A DNA stretch of 64,000 bases from Alphaproteobacteria bacterium (lineage in GTDB: Bacteria; Pseudomonadota; Alphaproteobacteria; Bin95). Under the pieces are notes generated by a model. It was given only the letters and a program-made list of their open reading frames with translations. It ran no database searches and was not told the DNA's origin. Both the position numbers and the translations under genes were made by a program. Position 1 is the first letter of the stretch, and each line of letters starts with the position of its first letter. The DNA lies in the NCBI GenBank assembly GCA_963422665.1, contig OY730441.1, positions 2,061,737 to 2,125,736 of the forward strand, read 5' to 3'. Below are positions 21,927 through 31,818 of the stretch, one piece after another.

Positions 21927-23186
21927 TCAAGCGGCGCCGTCGTAATAGGCCTGGAGGATGGCGACCACGCCGTCGCGGCTGTATTCGGGCGGAACCGCCT
22001 CGCCGCCGGCGAACATCCCGCGCAGCCGGGTGCCCGAGATGCGGAGCTTTCCGTCGTCCCCCTTGCGGCAGGGCCGGCCGGCGGCGTTGCCGGTCGCCAC
22101 CGCCGCCACCATGCGATAGCGCTCCTCCTCGCCGGGCGGGTCCGTCCCGTCGTCGGTGGCGAAGCACACATTGCCCGTCGCCATGCCCTGGCAGTCGAAG
22201 CAATGGAAGGTGTCGTCGATCTTCAGCGGACGGATGGCGAGGCTCTCGTCGCCGGTCTCGTCGAATATATGATGTGCGTCATAGGGTCCGTAGTAGCCGC
22301 CGAGCCCGGCATGGTCGCGCCCTACCACCAGATGCGAGCAGCCGAAATTCTGGCGGAACAAGGCGTGCAGCAGCGCCTCCCGAGGGCCGGCGTAGCGCAT
22401 TTCGATAGGGTAGCCGGCCTGGATCACCTTTCCTTCCGCAAAATGGTTGGCGACCAGCCAGTCGATGGCGCGGACCCTGACCCCGGCCGGGATGTCGCCT
22501 TCCTTGAGCGCCCCGAGGACCTGGTGAATGAGCAACCCGTCGCACACCTCGATGGCGACCCTGGCGAGAAACTCGTGGCTGCGGTGCATCGGATTGCGGG
22601 TCTGGAAGGCGGCGACCGTCGACCAGCCCTTTTCGGCGAACAGCGCCCGGGTTTCGGCAGGGCGCAGGTAAAGCCCCCGATAGGTCTCGGGAAAGCGGCC
22701 CTCGGAGAGGACCGAAACCGGGCCCGCCAGATTGACAGAGCCCTGCGCCATCACCTTGGCGACGCCCGGATGGGCTTCCTCGGCGGTGCGGTAGACCTCA
22801 CGGCACTCAAGGGCCTTGTCGATGGCGTATTTCTCGGTGACCGCGAGGACGCCGAGGATTTCGCCCCCTGCGTCCGTCAACGCCACTTCGTCGCCCGTGA
22901 CGACCGCGAAGTCCTCGCTGCAGGAGAGGGTGATGGGGAGAGGCCAGAAGAGCCCGTTCTCCAGGCGCATGTCGAGGCACGCGCCGCGCCAGTCGGCCGC
23001 GCCCATAAAACCCTCGAGCGGCGTGTAGGCGCCCATGGCGAGCATGAAGAGGTCCGAGACCTCGCGACTCGACAGGGGCAGCTTTTTCAGGCCGCGCGCC
23101 CTCTTCAACGTCTCGCCCCGCTCCTCCTGCGCCACCAGCAGGGGCTTCAGGGCGGCGTTGCCGTGCGGGGCGATCAATGTCGACAC
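21927..23186 (-). CDS. sat: sulfate adenylyltransferase (ATP sulfurylase)
   Basis: LIAPHG, PLEGFM, AFQTRNPMHRSHE, MRYAGPREALLHA..RQNFGCSH..VGRDHAG, ISGT. Confidence 0.96.
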   Translation of the reverse strand: MSTLIAPHGNAALKPLLVAQEERGETLKRARGLKKLPLSSREVSDLFMLAMGAYTPLEGFMGAADWRGACLDMRLENGLFWPLPITLSCSEDFAVVTGDEVALTDAGGEILGVLAVTEKYAIDKALECREVYRTAEEAHPGVAKVMAQGSVNLAGPVSVLSEGRFPETYRGLYLRPAETRALFAEKGWSTVAAFQTRNPMHRSHEFLARVAIEVCDGLLIHQVLGALKEGDIPAGVRVRAIDWLVANHFAEGKVIQAGYPIEMRYAGPREALLHALFRQNFGCSHLVVGRDHAGLGGYYGPYDAHHIFDETGDESLAIRPLKIDDTFHCFDCQGMATGNVCFATDDGTDPPGEEERYRMVAAVATGNAAGRPCRKGDDGKLRISGTRLRGMFAGGEAVPPEYSRDGVVAILQAYYDGAA

Positions 23187-23214
23187 GGGACGTCGCTGCA
23201 ACGGAAAATCGGGA

Positions 23215-25059
23215 CTAGTCGACGATGTGGTGAACGGGGGCCTTCTCCATGGTCCATTCCCCGGATTCCCGATCGTAGCGAGACAAGGTGAAGCAATGCC
23301 AGTCGGCGTCGTCCAGCTTCGGATGATCGGCCCGATAGTAGTATCCCGGCCACCGCGTTTCCGTCCTGAACATCGTGTGATGCGTCACGGACTCCGAAGC
23401 AAGGACCCGGTGGTGAAGCTCCCACGCCCGCTGAAGCTGGTGAAGGTCTTCGGCCCCGAGACTGCCGAGGTCCTCTTTCAACATGCCCAGCAATTCGAGC
23501 CCGCGGGCGAGCATGGGTTCGTTCGTCGTATAAGCGGTGCCGATACCGCCGACATATTCGTCCATGATCTTCTCGAGACGCTGGAGACCGTGAATCGGCA
23601 ATATGTAGCTCGGCGAGACCGTTCCCGCGACGATCTCGTTGCGGCCGACCCGGTAGGTCTCCAGAGGCTGGAAGACGACACTCTTGAGGTCTTCACACTC
23701 TTTTTCGCTTACCTGAGGCCGGTCGCTCTTCAGGTCGTTGACGTAGTTGACCGCCGCCTTTCCGGCGATCCGGCCTTCCGTGAAGGACCCCGACGAGAAC
23801 TTGTGGGCGGTGCCGCCAATGGTGTCGCCGGCGCCGAACAGCCCCTCGACGGACATCATCCGGTTGTATCCCCACTGGTAGTCCGCCGGCGCGCAGTCTT
23901 CCGGACCGCTTGCCCAGGCGCCCGAACAGGTGGCATGCGACCCCATAACATAGGGCTCGGACGTCGTCAGTTCCGGATTGGTGTGCTTGGGATCGATGTT
24001 CTGGGACGCCCAGACGACCGCCTGCCCGATCGTCATGCCGAGGAAGTTCTCCCAGCCGACCTGCTCCAGGTGGGGATCGGCGAAGGCCTCCTTCGTCACC
24101 ATGCGGATGGGGCCGCGGCCGGCCTTGATCTCCTCCAGGAAGGCGTGGTTGCGCAAGCAGGTAGGCACCGGGTGCCGGTCGATGTAGTCCCCGACCAGCC
24201 CCTTGGTGTGGTCGTACCATTTGGACTCGTATTCCTCCCCATAGGCGTTCTCGGTATACGTCTTGAGGTGGAGGAAATAGGCGCCGACCGGACCGTAACC
24301 GTCCTTGAAGCGCGTGAGGACGACCCGGTTCTCCATCTGGGTCATCTTGGCGCCGACGAGGATCGGCAGCGCATAGGCCGACGCGCTGCTCCAGGGGGCG
24401 TACCAGGTTCGCCCCATGCCTTCGCCCACCGCCCGGGGCTTGAAGATGTGCGATGCGCCACCGGCGGAGACGATGACGGCCTTCGCGCGGAAGACGTAGA
24501 AATCCCCGCTGCGGACGTTGAACCCGACGGCGCCGGCGACGCGGTTGGGCTTCGTCCGGTCCATCAGCAGGTGGGTCACCATGATCCGGTTATAGACTTC
24601 GGTGGCGGCCTTGCGCGCGGCCTCGGCGACGATCGGCTTGTAGCTCTCGCCGTGGATCATGATCTGCCATTTGCCTTCGCGCAGATAACGCCCGGTCTCC
24701 GGGTCCTTCATGATGGGAAGGCCCCACTCCTCGAACTTGTGCACCGTGGAGTCGACATGCCGGGCGATATCGAAGCCCAGATCTTCCCGCACCAGGCCCA
24801 TGAGGTCGTTCCGGGCGTAGCGGACATGGTCCTCGGGCTGGTTCTCGTTCCACTGCATGCCCATGTAGCAGTTGATCGCATACAGGCCTTGGGCAACGGC
24901 GCCGCTTCGCTCGATGTTTGCTTTCTCGACACAGACCACCTTGAGGTCGCGTCCCCAAAACCCGGCTTCGTAGGTTGCGCCGCAGCCGGCCATGCCGCCG
25001 CCAACGACCAGGATATCCGAGTCCACGAAAACCGTTTTCCGGCGAGCGAACAAACTCAC
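23215..25059 (-). CDS. aprA: adenylylsulfate reductase alpha subunit (FAD)
   Basis: GGGMAGCG, RSGAVAQGL, WQIMIHGESYKPI, RFKDGYGPVGA, HKFSSGSFTEGR. Confidence 0.97.
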   Translation of the reverse strand: MSLFARRKTVFVDSDILVVGGGMAGCGATYEAGFWGRDLKVVCVEKANIERSGAVAQGLYAINCYMGMQWNENQPEDHVRYARNDLMGLVREDLGFDIARHVDSTVHKFEEWGLPIMKDPETGRYLREGKWQIMIHGESYKPIVAEAARKAATEVYNRIMVTHLLMDRTKPNRVAGAVGFNVRSGDFYVFRAKAVIVSAGGASHIFKPRAVGEGMGRTWYAPWSSASAYALPILVGAKMTQMENRVVLTRFKDGYGPVGAYFLHLKTYTENAYGEEYESKWYDHTKGLVGDYIDRHPVPTCLRNHAFLEEIKAGRGPIRMVTKEAFADPHLEQVGWENFLGMTIGQAVVWASQNIDPKHTNPELTTSEPYVMGSHATCSGAWASGPEDCAPADYQWGYNRMMSVEGLFGAGDTIGGTAHKFSSGSFTEGRIAGKAAVNYVNDLKSDRPQVSEKECEDLKSVVFQPLETYRVGRNEIVAGTVSPSYILPIHGLQRLEKIMDEYVGGIGTAYTTNEPMLARGLELLGMLKEDLGSLGAEDLHQLQRAWELHHRVLASESVTHHTMFRTETRWPGYYYRADHPKLDDADWHCFTLSRYDRESGEWTMEKAPVHHIVD

Positions 25060-25520
25060 TGGCGGCCTCCCTCACTGGTTCGACCGGGTTGCAGCAGGGG
25101 CAATGCCTCGATGTGGAGCGCGTCCGGCTCGTGCGCGAGTTGCTGGGACCTTGCCGCTTCGGCGGCGGGCGCCTCGTAATCGGCCGGCGGTTTGATCGAT
25201 CCCCAGGGCGTGGTCCGGATCGGGGAAACGAAATCCTTTTCCTGGCCGTCCCGGAACTTGATCTTCCAGGAAATAGCGCCCTTCGCCTCTTCCCTCAGTA
25301 CGCGAACGCTGTGACCCAGCGGAGCGAAATCGGCGTAGCCGCGGCAGTCGATGGCATGCTGCGGACACGCCTTCACGCAGGAGTAGCACTCCCAGCACAT
25401 GTTGGGCTCGATATTGTAGGCGCGCCGGGTAGTGCTATCGATGTGCATGATGTCGGACGGGCAGATATCGACGCAATATCCGCAGCCGTCGCAACTGGTC
25501 ATATAGACGAATGTCGGCAT
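25056..25520 (-). CDS. aprB: adenylylsulfate reductase beta subunit (2x[4Fe-4S])
   Basis: MPTFVYMTSCDGCGYCVDICP...CWECYSCVKACP...GYADFAPLG. Confidence 0.97.
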   Translation of the reverse strand: MPTFVYMTSCDGCGYCVDICPSDIMHIDSTTRRAYNIEPNMCWECYSCVKACPQHAIDCRGYADFAPLGHSVRVLREEAKGAISWKIKFRDGQEKDFVSPIRTTPWGSIKPPADYEAPAAEAARSQQLAHEPDALHIEALPLLQPGRTSEGGRQ

Positions 25521-25563
25521 GTGGTTCCGTTATCTCCTCGATCGAAGACCGACGATGGGCCGA

Positions 25564-26349
25564 TCAGTAGTGGCGAGGCCTTTCGCGCGCACTGCCGAAC
25601 ATTTCGGGCTTGTCGGCGGGGGCCGGCAGATTGCGCCTCGAACCGGTCGCCTCGGAAACCCGTTTTTCCAATGCCGCCGCAGGTTTGTAGAACATATGCG
25701 CGAACTTGGACCACGGAACGGACCCGAACAACACCGTCGTGGCGATGAGGTAGAGGCCCAGTAACACGCTCGTCCACGAACTCTCCATCGCCTGCAGCCC
25801 GGCCCAGACCAGTCCCAGCGTCGTGCTGGCGAGAAGCGAGAGGATGAACAGGTCGGCGCGCACCACCCGGAACGGCGTATGGCCCTCGGCGGCTACATCG
25901 ACCCGAATGAAGAACCAGAACCAGTAGCCGCCGACGCAGACCAGCAAGGCCCCGGCGACCCACAGCAAGGGCAGGACGGGGGGCGTCGGCGCGGCCGGCG
26001 TCGGGTACCAGAACACCATGACGACGGTGGCGATGACGTATGCCAGGAAACCGTACATCGTCAGCAGGTGCACAACCCGGCGGCGCCCGGGGCCGAATTC
26101 GGCGGATGTCAGGCCCTCCGCCAAAGCGGTCCGGATCGCGAGCGACGACATTTCCCCGCCGCCGACGCGGCGCGTTCCCCTGTCCCGCGTGCTTCGCCAG
26201 CTGCGGAAGAAATAGGCGGCACTCTTCTTGTGCCAGATGTCGAACAGGGTGCCGCCCACGACCAGGACGATCATGATGACGACATAGGTCTGCATGACGG
26301 CGGGTGGTACGGACGCCGAAAGCACGGCGAAGGGATTACTGGTGAACAC
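25564..26349 (-). CDS. aprM: APS reductase membrane anchor AprM
   Basis: NPFA, D..HKKSA.YFF, HLLTMYG, YWFWFFIRVDV, WSKFAHMFYKPAAA. Directly upstream of aprB. Confidence 0.92.
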   Translation of the reverse strand: MFTSNPFAVLSASVPPAVMQTYVVIMIVLVVGGTLFDIWHKKSAAYFFRSWRSTRDRGTRRVGGGEMSSLAIRTALAEGLTSAEFGPGRRRVVHLLTMYGFLAYVIATVVMVFWYPTPAAPTPPVLPLLWVAGALLVCVGGYWFWFFIRVDVAAEGHTPFRVVRADLFILSLLASTTLGLVWAGLQAMESSWTSVLLGLYLIATTVLFGSVPWSKFAHMFYKPAAALEKRVSEATGSRRNLPAPADKPEMFGSARERPRHY

Positions 26350-26552
26350 GCAATTGCCCCAATGTCAGCCTGTTCCGTTCAACGCCCTGAGCGATAATAT
26401 CAATCGGCCCCCGGCAAAGATACAACCATTTGGAGCGGCTGCTTGTCAAGGCTGGCGCAGCGCACTCGCCGGCGCCAGACCCTGCGCCGGGCGACGGCGG
26501 AAGGCGCGGGGCCCCGGAAAGGTTTTCGAGCCTCATGCAAGCGCCGTCTCCT

Positions 26553-27038
26553 TCAGGCGAAACGGGTAATTTCTTCTTCGGAAAGACTGCCCGGCAGGAT
26601 GACCACCGGCACTTGCAGGCGGCCGACCGACTTGCCGGTCAGAGAGGAAATCAGCGGCCCCGGCCCCTTGGGGCCTGTGCCGGAGGCGAGTATCAGGAAA
26701 GCGACCGACGGGTCCTCCTCGCACGCTTGTATCGTCTCCTCCACCCGGTCGCCTTCGCGGATCGCCAGCGACGGCGCCCGGCCGGACAGGCGCTGCACCT
26801 GCGCCGCTGCTTGCAGGATGACGGTCTCGCCGTGCTCGCGCGCTTCCTCGCGCATCAGTTCGCCGACTGCAGACCAGTGCCGGAAGTCCGCCGGCGTGTC
26901 GATGACGTAGAGCAGGCCGACATGGCTGCCCGTGCGCCGGGACCGGAGCGCCGCGAAAGTCAGCGCCACCGGCAGTTCGTCGCTCTCATCGACGACGCAG
27001 AGCAGGGTGCGCGTCGAGGGGGAAGGAAGTTCGGTCAC
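26553..27038 (-). CDS. universal stress protein
   Basis: LCVVDES.E...AL.FA, IREGD, GPGPLISSL..PVVILPG. Confidence 0.9.
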   Translation of the reverse strand: MTELPSPSTRTLLCVVDESDELPVALTFAALRSRRTGSHVGLLYVIDTPADFRHWSAVGELMREEAREHGETVILQAAAQVQRLSGRAPSLAIREGDRVEETIQACEEDPSVAFLILASGTGPKGPGPLISSLTGKSVGRLQVPVVILPGSLSEEEITRFA

Positions 27039-27042
27039 GGAC

Positions 27043-27789
27043 TCAGGTTCTCCGCGCGACAGCGCCTGCGAGCCATCCTGCCATCAAGGCCGCGAGAATG
27101 GCAACGAGACCGTGCAGGATCGGGAAATCGTGCGCGAAACGGAAAACAGCCGCTTCGAGTCCGGCCTTGCGGACATGGAGCGCGCTCGCCGTGGCATTGA
27201 CGACCCGGTCGTCGCGGACCTCGAACACCTCGATGCGGTAACTGCCCACCGGGACGTTAGCGGGAAACCGCAAGCGCGTGCGGAACAGGTGTTCTCCCAG
27301 GAACTCCACACGGCCGAATTCATCGGAATAGAGTCCGGCCGCCTGCTTGCGCCGGACGAACGCCGCCTGGAATTCGGCAACTTCCACGGCGCCGCCCGCA
27401 GCCGGCGCAGGGGCCAGGAAGTCTCGCCCGATATCGTGTTTGCGGAGAACCTTCGTCAGCGGTTGCTCGGCGAAGGCCTCGCTGGCCGCGACCCACACGA
27501 AGGCCGGCGCCTCCGGAAAGGCCACGCCGCCGTGATTGGCCCAGACGCCGAAATTGCGCTCCTTGCGGCGCACCACCGTCGGTTGTTCCGGCCCGCGAAT
27601 AACCACGATCACGCCGTGTCGTTCCGCAGTCGATCCCTGCTCCTCCGCCGCCGTCCCGAAGACGACAAGCTCGGCCCCGGTGAACCCGGCGGTTATGGCG
27701 ACGGTTCGTTCGGAAACATCGACCACGAATTGGTCCGCCGACGCGGGGGCGGCGGTGGAGAGCAACAGGGCGGCGACGAGCGCGCGCAT
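27043..27789 (-). CDS. TIGR02186 family membrane protein
   Basis: Signal peptide, ITAGFTG..LVVFG, VRRKERNFGVWAN, LFRTRLRFPANVP, C-terminal TM. Coupled to tauE. Confidence 0.88.
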   Translation of the reverse strand: MRALVAALLLSTAAPASADQFVVDVSERTVAITAGFTGAELVVFGTAAEEQGSTAERHGVIVVIRGPEQPTVVRRKERNFGVWANHGGVAFPEAPAFVWVAASEAFAEQPLTKVLRKHDIGRDFLAPAPAAGGAVEVAEFQAAFVRRKQAAGLYSDEFGRVEFLGEHLFRTRLRFPANVPVGSYRIEVFEVRDDRVVNATASALHVRKAGLEAAVFRFAHDFPILHGLVAILAALMAGWLAGAVARRT

Positions 27790-28706
27790 CAGAGCAGGCC
27801 CGGCTGGAGCGAGAACAGGTCGTCGGGCCGCGTCACCAGGTCGAAGAGCAGCTTGAGACAGACCGCCAGCACCAGGGCCGCCAGGAGCACGCGGAATTGC
27901 TCGCCCGGCAGCCGGGCTCCGAGTCGCGAGCCCACCTGCACGCCGACGACGGAGCCAGCCAGCAGCAGCAGCGCCAGGATCACATCGACCGTCTGGTTGG
28001 CGGCTGACTGGAGCAGGGTCACCGTAGAGACGACGAACAGGATCTGGAACAGCGAGGTGCCGGCGACCATGGCGGTCGGCATGCCGAGCAGATAGATCAT
28101 CGCCGGCACCATGATGAAGCCGCCGCCGACCCCCATGATCGCCGCCAGCAGGCCGACCAGCAGGCCGATCAGGAACGGCATCACGGCGCTGATATAGAGG
28201 CGCGACTTCTGGAACCGCATCTTGAGCGGCAGGCCGTGGATCCAAGTGTGGCGGTGCAGCTTGCCGCGCCGGGCCACGCCCTTGCGCTTGCGCAACAGGG
28301 CGCGCAGGCTTTCCGCCATCATCAGCGCGCCAACGATGCCGAGGAACACGACGTAGCAGAGCGAGATCGCCAGATCGATCTGGCCGAGGCCGCGCAACAG
28401 CTTGAACAGCCACACGCCAAGGCCCGAGCCCAGAACGCCGCCCGCCAGCAGCACCATGCCCATCTTGAAATCGACGCCGCCGCGCCGCCAGTGGGCGAGC
28501 ACGCCGGAAACCGAGGTCGCGACGAGCTGGTTCGCCTCGCTTGCGACCGCCACCGGCGGTGGAATTCCGATGAAGATCAGGAGTGGCGTCATCAGGAAGC
28601 CGCCGCCGACGCCGAACAGCCCGGACAACACGCCTACTCCGGCGCCCATCCCCAGCAACAGGAAGACATCGACCGAAAGCTCGGCAACCGGCAGATAGAT
28701 CTGCAT
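27789..28706 (-). CDS. sulfite exporter TauE/SafE family protein
   Basis: MQIYLPVAE, two GLFGVGGGFL / MGVGGGFIMVP repeats. Confidence 0.92.
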   Translation of the reverse strand: MQIYLPVAELSVDVFLLLGMGAGVGVLSGLFGVGGGFLMTPLLIFIGIPPPVAVASEANQLVATSVSGVLAHWRRGGVDFKMGMVLLAGGVLGSGLGVWLFKLLRGLGQIDLAISLCYVVFLGIVGALMMAESLRALLRKRKGVARRGKLHRHTWIHGLPLKMRFQKSRLYISAVMPFLIGLLVGLLAAIMGVGGGFIMVPAMIYLLGMPTAMVAGTSLFQILFVVSTVTLLQSAANQTVDVILALLLLAGSVVGVQVGSRLGARLPGEQFRVLLAALVLAVCLKLLFDLVTRPDDLFSLQPGLL

Positions 28707-28875
28707 GGCGGCCCCTCTTAGGCCCGCCGCCGCCCTCGTGCAAGAAGGGTTGCGCCGGTTTCCCGCTTCGGGCCCGCAATAGTCGGCGGGCCCCCTCCGC
28801 CGGGCGCAATCCTTGCCGGCAAGGCAGCCTGGCCTCACCGCTGCTGAAGTGTTCGGTCCGGTTCCTGGTCGGGAC

Positions 28876-29497
28876 TCAGGGAATGACTGCGCCTAGGTGG
28901 CGGCAGGCGACATGCGCATAGCTCTGCGCAAGCCCGCCTGCGGGGCCGATGAAGTCTGAAATGTCTATGCTTCCGCCGTCGATGCGGTCGAGCAGGTCCT
29001 CCCGGTCCTTACCGCAATTCGCGATGGTTCAGTTTCAGGAGATCGATCATTGCCTTGGCGGCGATGTCGCCTTCTGCGCTCGACACGACATCGCCGTTCA
29101 GCAAGAAACGGAATCTGCGGGTGCAGTCAGGATACTCAGGTTCAATACACCGGGCCTCGTTGAAGCAGTCGGCTTTCGCAGTCCCGCAAGTTTCCGACAG
29201 ATTGCCCCCGCACGTCTCTTGGCCGCCACTCAAGAACAGGTTGGCAAAATCGGTCGAAAGTTCGGGATGGCGGGTTTGCGGCCGGAAATGCTCGATATGA
29301 TACGACTTCCCCGGCTGGCGCATGTCCAGCCTGCGTTTGCAATAAACGCAAAGCCCGCCCTGCGTCTTGCGGAGCGCTTCGACGACAGCTTGTCGAATGT
29401 CGCCCGGAAACGGATAGGACGGCGACCAGTCGGCGCTCTCCAAGGCCAGCCAGTCTTCCAGCACCCGCGGCATTGTCTTCGCGTGGCTGCCCCTCAT
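28876..29497 (-). pseudogene. HNH endonuclease (PtuB / TIGR02646-like), frameshifted near 29011
   Basis: QGGLCVYCKRRL..HIEHFRPQ..FANLF..TCG..K. An extra base gives ELR*, and the shifted frame continues KDREDLLDRID...GAVIP* to 28876. Confidence 0.75.
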
Positions 29498-30737
29498 GCA
29501 ACGCTGCGCAACTTCTTCAATCGTTTGCGCAATACCAGCATAGTTGCCGCATCGTCGCCGATTTGCTCTTCGAGAGTTACGAATTTCTCCGACGCGGTGT
29601 CGGCATCGCCCCGTTCGATGGCGGCGTTGAAATCTCCGATGAACGCATTGACCGGCGGATAGCGTTCTGAAGCGGCGAAGACACCTTCGAGAAGATAGTT
29701 GCCGGTGCGGCCGCGGGTGCTGAGCGGAGTTGACACTTTCGTGGCCCCCCGACGCGTTGCTTTCCAGAATTCTCACTTGGCGACTTTCGACGCCGGAGAG
29801 CACTTGCGGAGAATGCGTTGTCACAATGAATTGGTACGACGCGAAGACGTTCGCGAGCATCGGCACAATCTCGCTCCGCCAGGCCGGTGTAGATTGAGCT
29901 CGATCTCATCGATCAGCACGATATCGGCAATTTCGCCCAGCGCTTTGCCGGGTTCGAACACCTACACCTGCACCCGGTGCACCAGATCGGCTAGCAGGAC
30001 GATAAAGGAACGTTCGCCACTCGACAGTGAGCGAACATGCACCGGCGTGTTATCCTTCTTGACGAAATACAGGCCAGGACGAGACACGGTCGAATCGAAC
30101 ATGATGCCGGAAGAGCTGTCGATCTTCGAAACAAGACCGCGAATCGCTCCGAGTTGTGGATCCCGGTAGTCCCGATCTTCGTCCCGCATCCTGCGCGCCT
30201 CTTGCGCGTCGATTCGATCCCACAATGCCTCCAAATCGTTGATCGATTTAAGATCCTTTTTCGGGGATCTTTCTTGCACAACTTCTGGATAGAATAATTC
30301 CGAAGATTCATTTTCTAGCCGAAGATTTTTTCAGAAACAAACTCCCTTTCTTGCCTAAAATATATAGAATGTGGCCGCAATGTTGTAGTCCTTGACCATT
30401 GTCTAAGTTACTTGGAGAATTCAAAATCTGGTCTACGCTGATCGGTATAATGCAAAATCTTTATCAGATCTTTGTCCGCTAGGCCCGATACACCATCCTC
30501 AATTTCAACTCCAAAATTAACGCATAGCTTGCAGCATCTGTACGAATATCCAAGTCCGACCGTGGGGAGGCTACACGGTTACGCCGTGGACCATCCAAAT
30601 GCGCGCGCACGAGCTGCATCATTATACCAAGGGCATCAAGGATCGAGGTTTTGCTGGCGCCATTGCGACCGACAATGGTGGCCACGTCCGCCTCGAAGTC
30701 GATCTTCAGTTCGCAGATACCGGGAAATTTTTCCAAG
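29494..30737 (-). pseudogene. ABC-type AAA ATPase (PtuA-like), multiple frameshifts, N-terminus cut by IS1595
   Basis: Fragments carry IVGRNGASKTSILDAL (Walker A), LSSGER (signature), IVLIDEIEL (Walker B) and QFIVTTHSPQVL. The stop overlaps the HNH start. Confidence 0.8.
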
Positions 30738-31818
30738 GGCTTATCCCTTTGGGTCCGGTTTGACGAGATATTGAGTTTCCGGTGGTCGTCGGCATCATGT
30801 TTGTATAATGTTCCGATATGGCGAGCCGCTGGAAATATGACCGCCCGATGTCCCGCGCCACCTTCGAGGCGCGCTTTCCCGATGCAGCCTCCTGTGCCCG
30901 GCCTCTCGCCGCCAGACGCTGGCCCGACGGCTTCGTGTGCCCCGCCTGCGGCCATGACAGGGGCCGGGAACTGAAACGGCGCCGGGCGAGCCGGGAATGT
31001 GCGGCCTGCGGGAAGGAGACCCCGGTGACCGCAGGCACGATCGTGCACCGCAGCCCCTTGCCCCTGAAGATCCGGTTCATGGCCGTTCACATCGTGACCA
31101 GCCACTCGAATGGTATCTCCGCCCTGCAACTCCAGGCCCGGCTCGGGCTCGGCAGTTACAAGAGTGCCCGGCTCGGGCTGCACAAGCGGCGCCGCGCCAT
31201 GGTCGATCCGGATCGTAGCTTGCTTGAGGACCCGATCGAGATCGATGAGGCCCCCCTCCCGTTCCGCACCGCAAGAGACCCGGCCACGGGCGGGCAAGGT
31301 CGCAGCCCACAAGGCAAGATGCGCATTGCCGGCGCGGTCGAGCTATCGCCCGAGGGCGAGCCATGCCGCATCCGGCTGGCGCCGATCGGGGATTTCTCCG
31401 CGCGCCGCCTTCGTGCCTTCGTTGCCGGGACCCCGGCGCCGGGCGCGCGGGTGATGGCCGAGGGCTGGAGAGGGTATTGCGGCCTGCCCGACCACGACCG
31501 CCAGCCCAGGGTCGTTGGCGCAACGCCCGCCCCTCTCGTGCTGACGTGGATCCATCGTGTGTTCTCGAACCTGAAGCGCGCCGGGCGCTCGGAACCTGCC
31601 ATGGCCTGCGCCGCGCCCATCTGCGCCGCTACCTCGACGAGGGCGTGTTCCGCTGGAACCGTCGCCGCCACACCGCAACGGCTTTCGACACCCCGCTCGG
31701 CATCGGCACGCGCCTGGGACCCGCCGACTGCCGCGACAGCGCCGGACAACACGTCCGATCGCCGCAGGCCGGGCGCCAGCCGCCGCCCGCCCTACGATCT
31801 GCCTCAATCGGGGCCGAA
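30738..31818 (+). mobile_element. IS1595-family element, degenerate, right end missing
   Basis: Left end GGCTTATCCCTTTGG. Transposase from 30818 with RWPDGFVCPACG Zn ribbon, GISALQLQ, IEIDE, HRVFSNLKR and, after a frameshift, YLDE..FRWNRR. Confidence 0.85.
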
